From the NCBI RefSeq assembly GCF_044647545.1, contig NZ_CP172818.1: a DNA stretch of 64,000 nucleotides. The stretch is one strand, 5' to 3'. This document shows positions 1-10,301 of the stretch, piece after piece. Positions within the stretch are counted from its first letter, which is position 1; each line of letters begins with the position of its first letter. The stretch is from Escherichia coli (GTDB lineage Bacteria > Pseudomonadota > Gammaproteobacteria > Enterobacterales > Enterobacteriaceae). Made by a program: the position numbers and the translations under genes. The notes under the pieces are model-generated. The model saw nothing but the letters and a program-made list of their open reading frames with translations. It ran no database searches and was not told where the DNA came from.

Positions 1-8
1 ATCTTCAA

Positions 9-2348
9 TTACTCGTTATCCGGGTTAAGACGACGACGGCTGATAATACGCAGCAAACGCCACAGTACCCATGCCAGCAGCACGACGCTGATTGCCGCCA
101 GCACCGCCAGCAGAATCGGATGGTTTGCCAGGGCATACCATAAGCGTTCGAACCACGGCAGATGGCCAACGTAATAGACGTCGCCAACGCGTAGGCTATT
201 GATACCGGACTCGCGGATCACCGCGACCGAACCGAACATGGTGGCGCGTTTGCCGCTATCGTTCACCGCATCGTTAAGCATTTCATAACCGCGTGGGCTA
301 TCTGCCAGCAGCGCAATCACGCTACGCTGGTCGTTATACGGCGACTGGAAGCCAATCACCGCTGCCATCGCACCGGAAGAGGTCAGCGTTGACTGAGTTT
401 CTGCCGCGCGATCGCTCTCGTCCGGTACAATGCCGGGGAACGGGGTCTGGCGCATCGGCGTTTTCACCCAGCTTTCGGTCGCCTGCACCAACAGATCGAT
501 CTGCTTATCGTCTTTCAGTTTGTCCGGGATACCACCGACGATCATGATGTCGGCATCTTTGCCCTGAATGGTGCTGCCATCATCGGTCACCGTCAGGTTA
601 ATCGCCGGGAAGCCCGTCTGCGCACCGATAAAGCCAACGGTATTCAGCAAGGTTTCCATCTGTGCTTCGTTAGGCGCTTTCGGCATCACGGTGATGGTTT
701 GTGACAGATCCGCCATCCGGCTGAACGGGAAGCCCGCGTTAGCAAAGGCGCGTAGATCCGGCATCGGAATGAAGTGGTAATACTTCGAGAAGTCGATGGT
801 GGAATCATCACCAATCACCACATGATTCTGCACCGGCTGGAAGGTAATGCAGTTATCCACCGAACCGCCCGGCATCGGGTTCATATACTCAAAGTCAAAG
901 CGCAGCTGGTTGGTCGCGCCCAGTTTCAGCGCCGGAATAGAGACATCCGTTTTGCCATCCAGCAAACCTTGTAATACCGGAATCCGCAGCAGCAGGCGGT
1001 TCGCCTCCTGTTTACTGCTCAGGTTGAAGGATTGCAGGAACTGGTTATTCAGGCTGATATCCATCCGCGAACTGTCTTTCACCGGCGGCATGGTGTAGCG
1101 ATAGTTGATATCCATATCAATGCCGGTACTGCGCATCAGGTAGAGATCCGGCGGCAGATTTAGCGAAACGTTAATCGCTGCTGGCTCAAGACCGCTGGAT
1201 TGTAACTGTTCTTCATAGGTTTTCAGTTCACCAAAGGTGACCGGACGATCGGTACGCACCCAGTTCGGCGCATCGTACGGCTTACGCGGTAGCAGCGGTT
1301 TCACTTCATTCACTACCACGCTTTCACCACGGAACAGAATGTTACCCTGAGCGATACCTTTCGCTGCCTGCAACAGGTCTTTGTCGTCACGACCAAACAC
1401 CACCAGCAGTTTGACGTAAGGATTCTGCGGATGGTTGATCATCTCAATCACCGGGGCTTTTACCGCCGGATGATCGTGCAGGAAGTCCGGGCGTTTGTCA
1501 TTAGTGGCAAAAACAATGGCATTGCGATTCGGCAGTTGGTTATAGAGCACCGGGAAATTCTGCCCACGCCAGCCAGAACGCGAACCAAACCACGAGGCGA
1601 CAATAGCTGATGCTTGTTGCAATCCAGTATCTGGCGTACCCGCAAAGACCATCGGCAAGGTGTTGGTGCGGTTATCACGCGGGTCAAAGAATGGTACCGG
1701 GAAGTGTGACAGGTCATTCTTCACATTCAGGGTCTGATAGGTCAAATCCAGTCCACTGCTCCGCCCAACATCCAGCCAAAGCGTGGTGCTGGCCGGGTTT
1801 TCGCACACGTCCTGATAATGGCCGACAAACTCCAGCCGCACACGGTTGAAGTCGGTAATAAACAGTGGGTTAATGGGCATTTGCGCCAGCGTTTTTTTAC
1901 CCAACTGTTCTTTGGTCACTGGCAGCACGCCCATCAGCTCATCATTGAGATAAACCTTTAACTGCGACTGGACAGGCAGTAACGATGGCGATGGCGTGTA
2001 TTCGAGGTTGAGCATCGCCTTCGTCACCACTTCATCGCTGCGCATACCAAACTCAATGCTGCCGTTCGGGTTAATGCCACGTAGCACCATGCTGCCCGGC
2101 GGCGGCGCGATTTGCGCAAAGGTCAGCTTCACATCACGCGAAGGACCGTTCTGCGCCACGATGGGGGCATCAGCGCCCTGCACGCCTGGCATCACTTGCC
2201 CCACCTGCGGATTTTGTTCCGTCTGGGCGGCTACAGCTGGCTCAGCATTGATCAGTGGTTGCGTTGCTGGCGTCGCCTGCGTCATGAAAGAGGGGAACGC
2301 ACTCATCCCCATAGCCACTGCACAAATCCAGAATAGTTTTCTTTTCAT
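9..2348 (-). CDS. bcsB: Cellulose synthase periplasmic subunit BcsB (c-di-GMP-regulated cellulose synthase regulatory subunit)
   Basis: Minus-strand ORF 9..2435; N-terminus trimmed to the Met of MKRKLFWICAVAMG (signal peptide) at 2348, giving 779 aa, the length I recall for E. coli BcsB; immediately downstream of bcsA as in the bcsQAB operon. Confidence 0.9.
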   Translation of the reverse strand: MKRKLFWICAVAMGMSAFPSFMTQATPATQPLINAEPAVAAQTEQNPQVGQVMPGVQGADAPIVAQNGPSRDVKLTFAQIAPPPGSMVLRGINPNGSIEFGMRSDEVVTKAMLNLEYTPSPSLLPVQSQLKVYLNDELMGVLPVTKEQLGKKTLAQMPINPLFITDFNRVRLEFVGHYQDVCENPASTTLWLDVGRSSGLDLTYQTLNVKNDLSHFPVPFFDPRDNRTNTLPMVFAGTPDTGLQQASAIVASWFGSRSGWRGQNFPVLYNQLPNRNAIVFATNDKRPDFLHDHPAVKAPVIEMINHPQNPYVKLLVVFGRDDKDLLQAAKGIAQGNILFRGESVVVNEVKPLLPRKPYDAPNWVRTDRPVTFGELKTYEEQLQSSGLEPAAINVSLNLPPDLYLMRSTGIDMDINYRYTMPPVKDSSRMDISLNNQFLQSFNLSSKQEANRLLLRIPVLQGLLDGKTDVSIPALKLGATNQLRFDFEYMNPMPGGSVDNCITFQPVQNHVVIGDDSTIDFSKYYHFIPMPDLRAFANAGFPFSRMADLSQTITVMPKAPNEAQMETLLNTVGFIGAQTGFPAINLTVTDDGSTIQGKDADIMIVGGIPDKLKDDKQIDLLVQATESWVKTPMRQTPFPGIVPDESDRAAETQSTLTSSGAMAAVIGFQSPYNDQRSVIALLADSPRGYEMLNDAVNDSGKRATMFGSVAVIRESGINSLRVGDVYYVGHLPWFERLWYALANHPILLAVLAAISVVLLAWVLWRLLRIISRRRLNPDNE

Positions 2349-2358
2349 CGCGTTATCA

Positions 2359-4977
2359 TCATTGTTGAGCCAAAGCCTGATCCGATGGTTGTGCCGTTTC
2401 GCTCCGCTCCGGGCGGCGCGGAATAAACGATACAACCCAGGAAACCAGAGAAGTCAGCACACGGAATATGCCCTTCACCGAAGAAGGCGCAAACTCCGCC
2501 AGATGGCGGTAGCCACGGAAGCCGAGCTTCAGAATATCCAGCAGACTTTCCAGCGGCTTATCTTCCGGATAGCTGTCCTGCCAGAGCGCCCATGTATCCG
2601 CACGGGCAAACGTACACTGCACAAAATCGATATGTTGCTGGGTGGTGAGCGGCATTAATTTCAGCCCAACTTCATTACCCATCACGCGCGCCACCTGGGT
2701 CGGGAAGACGTATTCCTGCTGACCGCGTTTAAGCAACAGATTCACTTTCTGCCCTTCCAGAATCTGCGCCTGACCGTTGATCTTGATCCCCAAACCACCG
2801 TCGGAGAAATCCTGAACGGTACACGAGAAGAGGTGACCATCTTCGCGGGCAATTGCCGCGGGCATCGTCATCTCCACGCGGTGCGATCGGCGTACCTGTT
2901 TGCTTTCTACCGATACCGCAACTGCGCCGCCAAGAACAATCAGGTTGTAGAATACCCACACCATACTGACGACCACGGTGAGCATCTCGGTTGGCGGGCC
3001 ATAGAAGTAGCGCCAGATGCCTACCGCAACGCCCACCAGGTTGAGCAGAACAAGGAAGATGTAGGGCCGCGAGATCACCCAGTCGACGTACTCTTCTTCC
3101 ACCAGTCCACCTTTGGCGGTGACGTTAAATTTGCCTTTGTGCGGGTTAATCAGCGCCACCAGCGTCGGTGGTGCGATATACCACGCCAGCACCGTTTCGT
3201 AGATTTCACTCCAGAAAGAGTGGCGATATTTGCCCTGGATCTTCGAGTTGGTCAGGCTGGCATGAATCATATGCGGCAGCACGAACAGGGCGATCATCAA
3301 CGCTGGCGCATAGATGATGTAGGCATGCAGCAGCAGGAACGCCAGCGGCGCAGTCAGGAAGATCAGTCGTGGAATGCCCGACAAGAAGTGGAACATGGCG
3401 TTGACATAGCACAGCCGCTGAGCAAACTTCAGCCCTTTACCGGTGAGCGGGTTATCGAGACGGAAGATTTGCACCATCCCGCGCGCCCAGCGAATACGCT
3501 GACCGATATGCGCCGACAGACTTTCGGTCGCCAGCCCCGCCGCCTGCGGAATACGCATATATGCAGAGGTGTAGCCACGACGGTGCAAACGCAGAGAAGT
3601 ATGCGCATCTTCGGTTACCGTTTCGACAGCAATGCCGCCAATCTCATCCAGCGGCTTACGGCGAATCACCGCACATGAACCGCAGAAGAAGGTGGCGTCC
3701 CACATATCGTTGCCATCCTGCACCAGACCATAGAACAGCGTACCTTCGTTCGGTGTTTTACGGAAACGTCCCAGGTTGCGTTCAAACGGGTCCGGTGAGA
3801 AGAAGTGGTGCGGCGTCTGCATCATCGCCAGTTGTTTTTCTTTCAGGAACCAGCCCATGGTCATTTGCAGGAACGATCGCGTTGGTACGTGGTCGCAGTC
3901 GAAAATCGACACGAACTCGCCTTTGGCATATTTCAGCGCATTGTTGATGTTGCCCGCTTTCGCATGTTCATGAGTGGTACGGGCGATATATTTCACCCCC
4001 ACGTTTTGCGCAAACTGGCGAAACTCTTCCCTGCCGCCGTCATCAAGGATCCAAATGTTCAGCTTGTCTTTCGGCCAGTCGATACCCAGCGAGGCGTAAA
4101 TCGTATTTTTCACCACGTTGAGATCTTCGTTGTAAGTCGGGACAAAGATATCCACCGACGGCCACAGCGACATATCTTTCGGCAATGGCACCGGCTGACG
4201 ATTCAGCGGCCATACCACCTGGAAGTAACCGAGCACCAGCACAATCCACGCGTACGTTTCGGCGAACAGCAGAATAAGCCCGCACACCAGGCTGACCGGA
4301 TCGTCCCAGTTCAGCGTAGAGGTGTAGCGCCACCAGATATAACGGCAAGAAACGGTCAGCGACAGCACAATCAACATTAGCGCCGAGAAGCGCCCCGGCA
4401 TCCGCCGTACGATCAGCGCTACACCCCACAGCAGCATCAGGAAGATAAACTGCGCCAGCGGGTTAAACGGCTGGGTAACGCAGATTAACGCCAGAATCAG
4501 CGAGAAGGTGACGATGATACCGAGGATCAACCGCCGCGCCCCGGCGCTCAAATGGCCGAGTTCTTTTTTCTCATCGAGATGCTGTGTTTTATGGCTAACG
4601 CGCTCAGGCAGCTCGTTCATCCATTGATGGTAACGTCCACGAATATTCTGCAGACCTGAAAATGTCCGCCTGCGCGGTTTCGGCGTTTCTTTGCGCGATG
4701 TACCGATCAGTAACCAGCATGTTTGAATGAGATAACGGACCGGGTCCAGCGGACGCGGACGCGAGGCGTTGATATGCGGATACAGGTTTTTATGTTCTGC
4801 GCGAATACGCTGCCAGCGCGGGTGCTCCAGCGGAATAAAAATCCAGGCCAGGATCAACCAAAAACAGCCGAGCGTCGCGCTGAAAGCCGACGCACCGTGA
4901 CGACGATAATCGCGATAACGCCCGATAAGCCGCGCGTTGACCGGCGGGATAAGCAACCACCGGGTCAGGATACTCAT
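2359..4977 (-). CDS. bcsA: Cellulose synthase catalytic subunit BcsA (GT2 glycosyltransferase with C-terminal PilZ domain)
   Basis: ORF 2359..5025 trimmed to MSILTRWLL start (872 aa); multiple TM segments; GT2 motifs (DDG, DCDH, QRIRWARG) and a PilZ-like RxxxR region visible in the translation. Confidence 0.9.
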   Translation of the reverse strand: MSILTRWLLIPPVNARLIGRYRDYRRHGASAFSATLGCFWLILAWIFIPLEHPRWQRIRAEHKNLYPHINASRPRPLDPVRYLIQTCWLLIGTSRKETPKPRRRTFSGLQNIRGRYHQWMNELPERVSHKTQHLDEKKELGHLSAGARRLILGIIVTFSLILALICVTQPFNPLAQFIFLMLLWGVALIVRRMPGRFSALMLIVLSLTVSCRYIWWRYTSTLNWDDPVSLVCGLILLFAETYAWIVLVLGYFQVVWPLNRQPVPLPKDMSLWPSVDIFVPTYNEDLNVVKNTIYASLGIDWPKDKLNIWILDDGGREEFRQFAQNVGVKYIARTTHEHAKAGNINNALKYAKGEFVSIFDCDHVPTRSFLQMTMGWFLKEKQLAMMQTPHHFFSPDPFERNLGRFRKTPNEGTLFYGLVQDGNDMWDATFFCGSCAVIRRKPLDEIGGIAVETVTEDAHTSLRLHRRGYTSAYMRIPQAAGLATESLSAHIGQRIRWARGMVQIFRLDNPLTGKGLKFAQRLCYVNAMFHFLSGIPRLIFLTAPLAFLLLHAYIIYAPALMIALFVLPHMIHASLTNSKIQGKYRHSFWSEIYETVLAWYIAPPTLVALINPHKGKFNVTAKGGLVEEEYVDWVISRPYIFLVLLNLVGVAVGIWRYFYGPPTEMLTVVVSMVWVFYNLIVLGGAVAVSVESKQVRRSHRVEMTMPAAIAREDGHLFSCTVQDFSDGGLGIKINGQAQILEGQKVNLLLKRGQQEYVFPTQVARVMGNEVGLKLMPLTTQQHIDFVQCTFARADTWALWQDSYPEDKPLESLLDILKLGFRGYRHLAEFAPSSVKGIFRVLTSLVSWVVSFIPRRPERSETAQPSDQALAQQ

Positions 4978-5726
4978 GATGCACTCCCGACTGGCGTTTT
5001 CAGCCCGGAATAGTTCAACAGGCACCAGTTAGCCAGCGTCAGTATCTCTTCAGCCGCCAGCGCATCACTGCGGTATTCACCGACTGGTTGCTTAGCCGCC
5101 AGGCATTGAGCCATCGCTTCATCACGATGAATGAGTATTGGCAGTAATCGGCGCTGGCTTTGCAACCAAAGCTGGTAAATATCGTCCTGAACCTGACTGC
5201 CGATACGGAAGTCATTAATCAAAATATGCGCGCCATCCGGCAGCGCTTGCTGATGCAGTCGGATATGGCAGTTGGCATCCACATTGACGATTGCCAGCGA
5301 GTGATCGCACAAACTCAGCAGCTGGTGGGTTATCTGTGAGGCATCACGCGGTAAGTCAATTAAAATCCACTGGTAACGCCCGCTGGCTTTTAGTTGCTGT
5401 AAGCCGGAGCAAATATCGCTCAGCCGGGTTTGCCAGTGCTGTGGATTTTCTTGTTCTTCAATGGATAACTGACCAAAAGGCAGCAAATCGAGCTGCGAGG
5501 TATAGCGCAACCCGGCGTCACGCCAGTCCTGGCCATCCAGCATAGCTCTGGCCCAGCCCTGACGGTGGGTAAAATCAACGTTAAATGACAGGCGCAACAA
5601 GTTGTCCGGGCAGGCATCGACCACCAGGACATTTTCTCCCAACATTTGTAATGACCAGGCTAATGCGGCGGTGATGGTTGTTGTCCCCACGCCTCCCCGC
5701 ACCCCCTGCAATCCCAGTACGGCCAT
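4974..5726 (-). CDS. bcsQ: Cellulose biosynthesis protein BcsQ (MinD/ParA-like ATPase); intact reading frame
   Basis: 250-aa ORF starting MAVLGLQGVRGGVGTTT (deviant Walker A); overlaps bcsA start by 4 nt; codon 6 is TTG (plus-strand caa at 5709-5711), so there is no premature stop. Confidence 0.85.
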   Translation of the reverse strand: MAVLGLQGVRGGVGTTTITAALAWSLQMLGENVLVVDACPDNLLRLSFNVDFTHRQGWARAMLDGQDWRDAGLRYTSQLDLLPFGQLSIEEQENPQHWQTRLSDICSGLQQLKASGRYQWILIDLPRDASQITHQLLSLCDHSLAIVNVDANCHIRLHQQALPDGAHILINDFRIGSQVQDDIYQLWLQSQRRLLPILIHRDEAMAQCLAAKQPVGEYRSDALAAEEILTLANWCLLNYSGLKTPVGSAS

Positions 5727-5737
5727 TCACCAATCCC

Positions 5738-5926
5738 CTACTTTTGTTGCGCAAACTCTGCCAGCAACGGCCAGCGTTTTAATGCCGCGGCCAACTGTTC
5801 GCGTTGGGAAATATCGGCATAATCAATATCAGGCAGTGAAAATGCCTGCTTTAACGCCAAAATATCATTCTGGAAGATATAGCCTATCGCGGGATCAGGC
5901 AGAGTATCTGGTTCATTGTTATTCAT
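5738..5926 (-). CDS. bcsR: Cellulose biosynthesis protein BcsR (YhjR), small DUF2629 protein
   Basis: ORF 5738..5968 trimmed to MNNNEPDTLPDP start (62 aa); first gene of the bcsRQAB operon, divergent from bcsE. Confidence 0.7.
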   Translation of the reverse strand: MNNNEPDTLPDPAIGYIFQNDILALKQAFSLPDIDYADISQREQLAAALKRWPLLAEFAQQK

Positions 5927-6197
5927 TTGCTTGATCCCTATGAAATAACCGTACCGTTCATGAGACAATTCTAACTGTGAGCATTTCGCCGGTTTATTGT
6001 TTACGGCGAGACGGGAATGTGCTCACTTTTTGACTTTCCGTTACGCAACAGAAAAAGTTAAAAACGAAAAGACTAAAATCACATGTCTTGTGACCTGCTA
6101 AATTGATTCACATGCTAAATCTGATAAGTTTTAATTTCAATGGTAGGTTTATTTCTTAGCTTTCGCTAGTAAACTGATAATCAGACAAAATGTTGAC
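5927..6197. promoter_or_regulatory. Divergent intergenic promoter region between bcsR(QAB) and bcsE(FG)
   Basis: AT-rich 270 bp spacer between divergently oriented operon first genes; individual promoter elements not mapped. Confidence 0.4.
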
Positions 6198-7769
6198 ATG
6201 AGGGACATTGTGGACCCTGTATTCTCTATCGGTATCTCATCATTATGGGATGAGCTGCGACATATGCCAGCAGGCGGCGTCTGGTGGTTTAACGTCGATC
6301 GCCATGAAGATGCTATCAGTCTGGCGAATCAAACAATTGCATCCCAGGCTGAAACCGCACACGTCGCGGTCATTAGCATGGACAGCGATCCAGCGAAAAT
6401 CTTTCAATTAGATGATTCTCAAGGGCCGGGAAAAATAACATTATTTTCAATGCTAAATCATGAAAAAGGTCTATACTATTTGGCCCGTGATTTGCAGTGT
6501 TCTATTGATCCCCATAATTACCTTTTTATTCTTGTTTGCGCAAATAACGCATGGCAAAACATTCCTGCCGAGCGGCTTCGCTCATGGTTGGATAAAATGA
6601 ATAAATGGAGCCGGCTAAACCATTGTTCGCTTTTGGTAATTAATTCCGGAAATAATAACGATAAACAATTTTCATTGTTACTTGAGGAATACCGTTCACT
6701 TTTTGGTCTTGCCAGTTTGCGTTTTCAGGGCGACCAACATTTGCTGGATATTGCTTTCTGGTGCAACGAAAAAGGGGTCAGCGCCCGTCAGCAGCTTAGC
6801 GTTCAGCAACAAAATGGTTGCTGGACATTAGTTCAACACCAAGAGGCGGAAATCCAACCACGCAGCGACGAAAAACGCATTCTGAGTAATGTTTCTGTAC
6901 TTGAAGGTGCGCCGCCGCTATCGGAACACTGGCAACTGTTCAACAATAACGAAGTCCTGTTTAATGAAGCCCGTACCGCTCAGGCGGCGACGGTGGTCTT
7001 TTCTTTACAACAAAATGCGCAAATCGAGCCACTGGCCCGCAGCATTCATACTCTGCGTCGCCAGCGCGGTAGTGCGATGAAAATCCTCGTACGGGAAAAT
7101 ACCGCTAGCCTGCGCGCCACCGATGAACGTTTGTTATTGGCCTGCGGTGCAAATATGGTTATCCCATGGAATGCCCCACTCTCCCGCTGTCTGACGATGA
7201 TCGAAAGCGTGCAAGGGCAGAAGTTTAGTCGCTATGTGCCGGAAGATATCACTACCTTGCTGTCAATGACCCAGCCGCTCAAACTGCGTGGTTTCCAGAA
7301 GTGGGATGTGTTCTGTAATGCCGTCAACAACATGATGAATAACCCTCTATTACCTGCCCACGGTAAAGGCGTTCTGGTTGCCCTACGTCCGGTACCGGGT
7401 ATCCGCGTTGAGCAAGCCCTGACGCTATGTCGCCCTAATCGCACCGGCGATATCATGACCATTGGCGGTAATCGGCTGGTGCTGTTTCTCTCATTCTGTC
7501 GGATTAACGATCTGGATACCGCGTTGAATCATATTTTCCCATTGCCTACTGGCGACATTTTCTCAAACCGTATGGTCTGGTTTGAAGATGATCAAATCAG
7601 TGCCGAGCTGGTGCAGATGCGCCTGCTTGCCCCAGAACAATGGGGCATGCCGCTGCCTTTAACGCAAAGTTCTAAACCGGTCATCAATGCCGAGCACGAT
7701 GGTCGCCACTGGCGACGAATACCAGAACCAATGCGACTGTTAGATGATGCTGTGGAGCGCTCATCATGA
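6198..7769 (+). CDS. bcsE: Cellulose biosynthesis protein BcsE (c-di-GMP-binding GIL-domain protein)
   Basis: 523-aa ORF starting at ATG 6198; expected position and length for BcsE (YhjS). Confidence 0.85.
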
Positions 7770-7957
7770 TGACCATCAGCGATATCATTGAAATTATTGT
7801 CGTTTGCGCACTGATATTTTTCCCGCTGGGCTATCTGGCGCGGCACTCTTTGCGACGCATTCGCGACACCTTACGTTTGTTCTTTGCTAAACCTCGTTAT
7901 GTTAAACCGGCCGGGACGTTACGCCGCACGGAAAAAGCCAGGGCAACCAAAAAATGA
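7766..7957 (+). CDS. bcsF: Cellulose biosynthesis protein BcsF (small membrane protein)
   Basis: 63-aa ORF with one hydrophobic helix ([18 protein letters not shown]); 4-nt overlaps with bcsE and bcsG indicate translational coupling. Confidence 0.7.
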
Positions 7958-9633
7958 CTCAATTTACGCAAAATACCGCCATGCCTTCTTCCCTCTGGCA
8001 ATACTGGCGCGGCCTTTCCGGCTGGAACTTCTATTTTCTGGTTAAGTTCGGCCTGTTGTGGGCGGGATATCTTAACTTCCATCCGCTCCTCAATCTGGTG
8101 TTTGCCGCGTTTCTGCTGATGCCCATTCCGCGCTACAGCCTGCATCGCTTACGCCACTGGATTGCCCTGCCGATCGGCTTTGCTTTGTTCTGGCATGACA
8201 CCTGGTTGCCTGGCCCGGAAAGCATAATGAGCCAGGGTTCGCAGGTGGCGGGGTTCAGTACCGATTATTTAATCGACCTTGTCACACGCTTTATTAACTG
8301 GCAGATGATTGGGGCCATTTTTGTTTTATTAGTGGCCTGGTTATTCCTGTCACAATGGATTCGCATTACCGTTTTTGTGGTTGCCATTCTGCTATGGCTG
8401 AACGTACTTACCCTGGCGGGACCAAGTTTCTCCTTGTGGCCAGCCGGTCAACCAACGACCACTGTAACAACGACGGGTGGTAACGCAGCGGCAACCGTTG
8501 CGGCGACGGGTGGCGCACCGGTAGTGGGTGATATGCCCGCACAAACTGCACCGCCAACAACGGCGAACCTTAACGCCTGGCTGAATAATTTCTATAACGC
8601 GGAGGCGAAACGTAAATCAATCTTCCCGTCTTCGCTGCCCGCTGATGCTCAGCCATTTGAACTACTGGTGATTAATATCTGTTCGCTTTCCTGGTCGGAT
8701 ATTGAAGCCGCCGGGTTGATGTCGCATCCGCTGTGGTCGCATTTCGATATTGAGTTCAAGAACTTTAACTCCGCCACCTCCTACAGTGGCCCGGCGGCGA
8801 TCCGTTTACTGCGCGCCAGCTGCGGGCAGACTTCGCACACTAATCTGTATCAACCGGCAAATAACGACTGCTATCTGTTTGATAACCTGTCGAAACTGGG
8901 CTTTACCCAGCACCTGATGATGGGACATAACGGCCAGTTCGGCGGTTTTTTGAAAGAAGTTCGCGAAAATGGCGGCATGCAGACCGAATTGATGGATCAA
9001 ACAAATCTGCCGGTTGTTTTGCTGGGCTTTGATGGTTCGCCGGTTTATGACGATACCGCCGTGCTTAACCGCTGGCTGGACGTTACCGAAAAAGATAAAA
9101 ACAGCCGTAGTGCCACGTTCTACAACACGCTTCCACTGCATGACGGCAACCATTATCCGGGCGTCAGCAAAACAGCGGATTACAAAGCGAGGGCGCAGAA
9201 ATTCTTTGATGAACTGGACGCCTTCTTTACTGAACTGGAGAAATCGGGTCGTAAAGTGATGGTGGTCGTGGTGCCAGAACACGGCGGCGCGCTGAAGGGC
9301 GACAGAATGCAGGTATCTGGCCTACGTGATATCCCTAGCCCGTCTATCACAGACGTCCCCGTTGGGGTGAAATTCTTCGGCATGAAGGCACCACATCAGG
9401 GGGCACCGATTGTCATCGACCAACCGAGCAGCTTCCTGGCTATCTCCGATCTGGTGGTTCGCGTTCTTGATGGCAAGATTTTCTCCGAAGACAATGTTGA
9501 CTGGAAAAAACTCACCAGTGGGTTGCCACAAACAGCACCGGTCTCCGAGAACTCAAATGCAGTAGTTATTCAATACCAGGATAAACCGTACGTTCGCCTG
9601 AACGGCGGCGACTGGGTGCCTTACCCGCAATAA
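7954..9633 (+). CDS. bcsG: Cellulose phosphoethanolamine transferase BcsG (alkaline-phosphatase superfamily)
   Basis: 559-aa ORF; N-terminal TM helices, a Thr/Ala/Gly-rich linker ([20 protein letters not shown]), then a C-terminal catalytic domain; correct position after bcsF. Confidence 0.85.
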
Positions 9634-9718
9634 GAACGAAAAAGGCCGCAGAGTTTCCCCCTGCGGCCTGATCCGGGCGCAAATTGCCATTACGGCAGCC
9701 TGACGCCCACATGACACG

Positions 9719-9826
9719 TTACTTCCGCTTATTCAGCCAGTTCACGATCAGACTGGCAAGAATGCCAGCAATGACCGGAGCCGCTAAATCATGCCAGAAG
9801 GCCATGCCCAGCTCTGCGAGCGTCAT
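9719..9826 (-). CDS. ldrD: Type I toxin LdrD (35-aa small toxic membrane peptide)
   Basis: Minus-strand reading MTLAELGMAFWHDLAAPVIAGILASLIVNWLNKRK (35 aa) from ATG at 9826 to stop at 9719; matches the Ldr toxin family sequence. Confidence 0.8.
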   Translation of the reverse strand: MTLAELGMAFWHDLAAPVIAGILASLIVNWLNKRK

Positions 9827-9871
9827 ATAGCCGCCTGAGTTGTAATGACAACGTTTCGCGGCTATTCTTGA

Positions 9872-9938
9872 GTGGTCTAGAGTCAAGATTAGCCCCCGTG
9901 ATGTTGTCAGGTGCATACCTGCAACGTGCGGGGGTTTT
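9872..9938 (+). ncRNA. rdlD: Antisense antitoxin RNA RdlD (approximate boundaries)
   Basis: Plus-strand GC hairpin (cccccg...cggggg, 9893-9934) followed by TTTT lies in the ldrD 5' leader, where the Rdl antisense RNA is expected; the 5' end is a guess. Confidence 0.4.
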
Positions 9939-10301
9939 CTCTCTCCAGCAACCAATGCCACCAGGGATAAAGCCCCCGCAACATTGCGCCTCACCGGAAC
10001 CTTTCCGGCTTGCCACTGATTCTACGATTGCTTTTTACCGTCAGCACCCGGCAATCTTCCTCATTGCGTGATGCATTCCAGCTTAATTTCTTTATTTGCA
10101 ATAGTTGCAGTTCATATCCGGGCTGACTCCAGACTGGTAGTGAAATGCGCATTTTTGTAGAATTGCGCCTCCTCGCGACCTCCCCAGTGAATCTGTTGCC
10201 TCATTTTTTACATACTGCGTATTCGACTTCTCCACCTGTTGCGCAAGAGAAACTGGGTTTATTCATTTTTGCGAGGCCGACTTCTTTCTGGACAGGACTT
10301 T

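Noticed and set aside
9-2435. Extended N-termini in the ORF track for bcsB (808 aa), bcsA (888 aa), yhjV (444 aa), avtA (452 aa), xylF (356 aa), tag (266 aa) and others
   Set aside because: Longest-ORF artefacts; internal Met codons give products matching expected family lengths, with signal peptides at the true N-termini, so trimmed starts were used.
1996-2658. 220-aa plus-strand ORF spanning the bcsB/bcsA junction
   Set aside because: Antisense to both genes and crosses their boundary; no coding evidence.
2833-4380. Long plus-strand ORFs (2833..3678, 281 aa; 3805..4380, 191 aa) inside bcsA
   Set aside because: Antisense shadow ORFs within a well-supported gene; translations are Arg/His-rich with no domain-like features.
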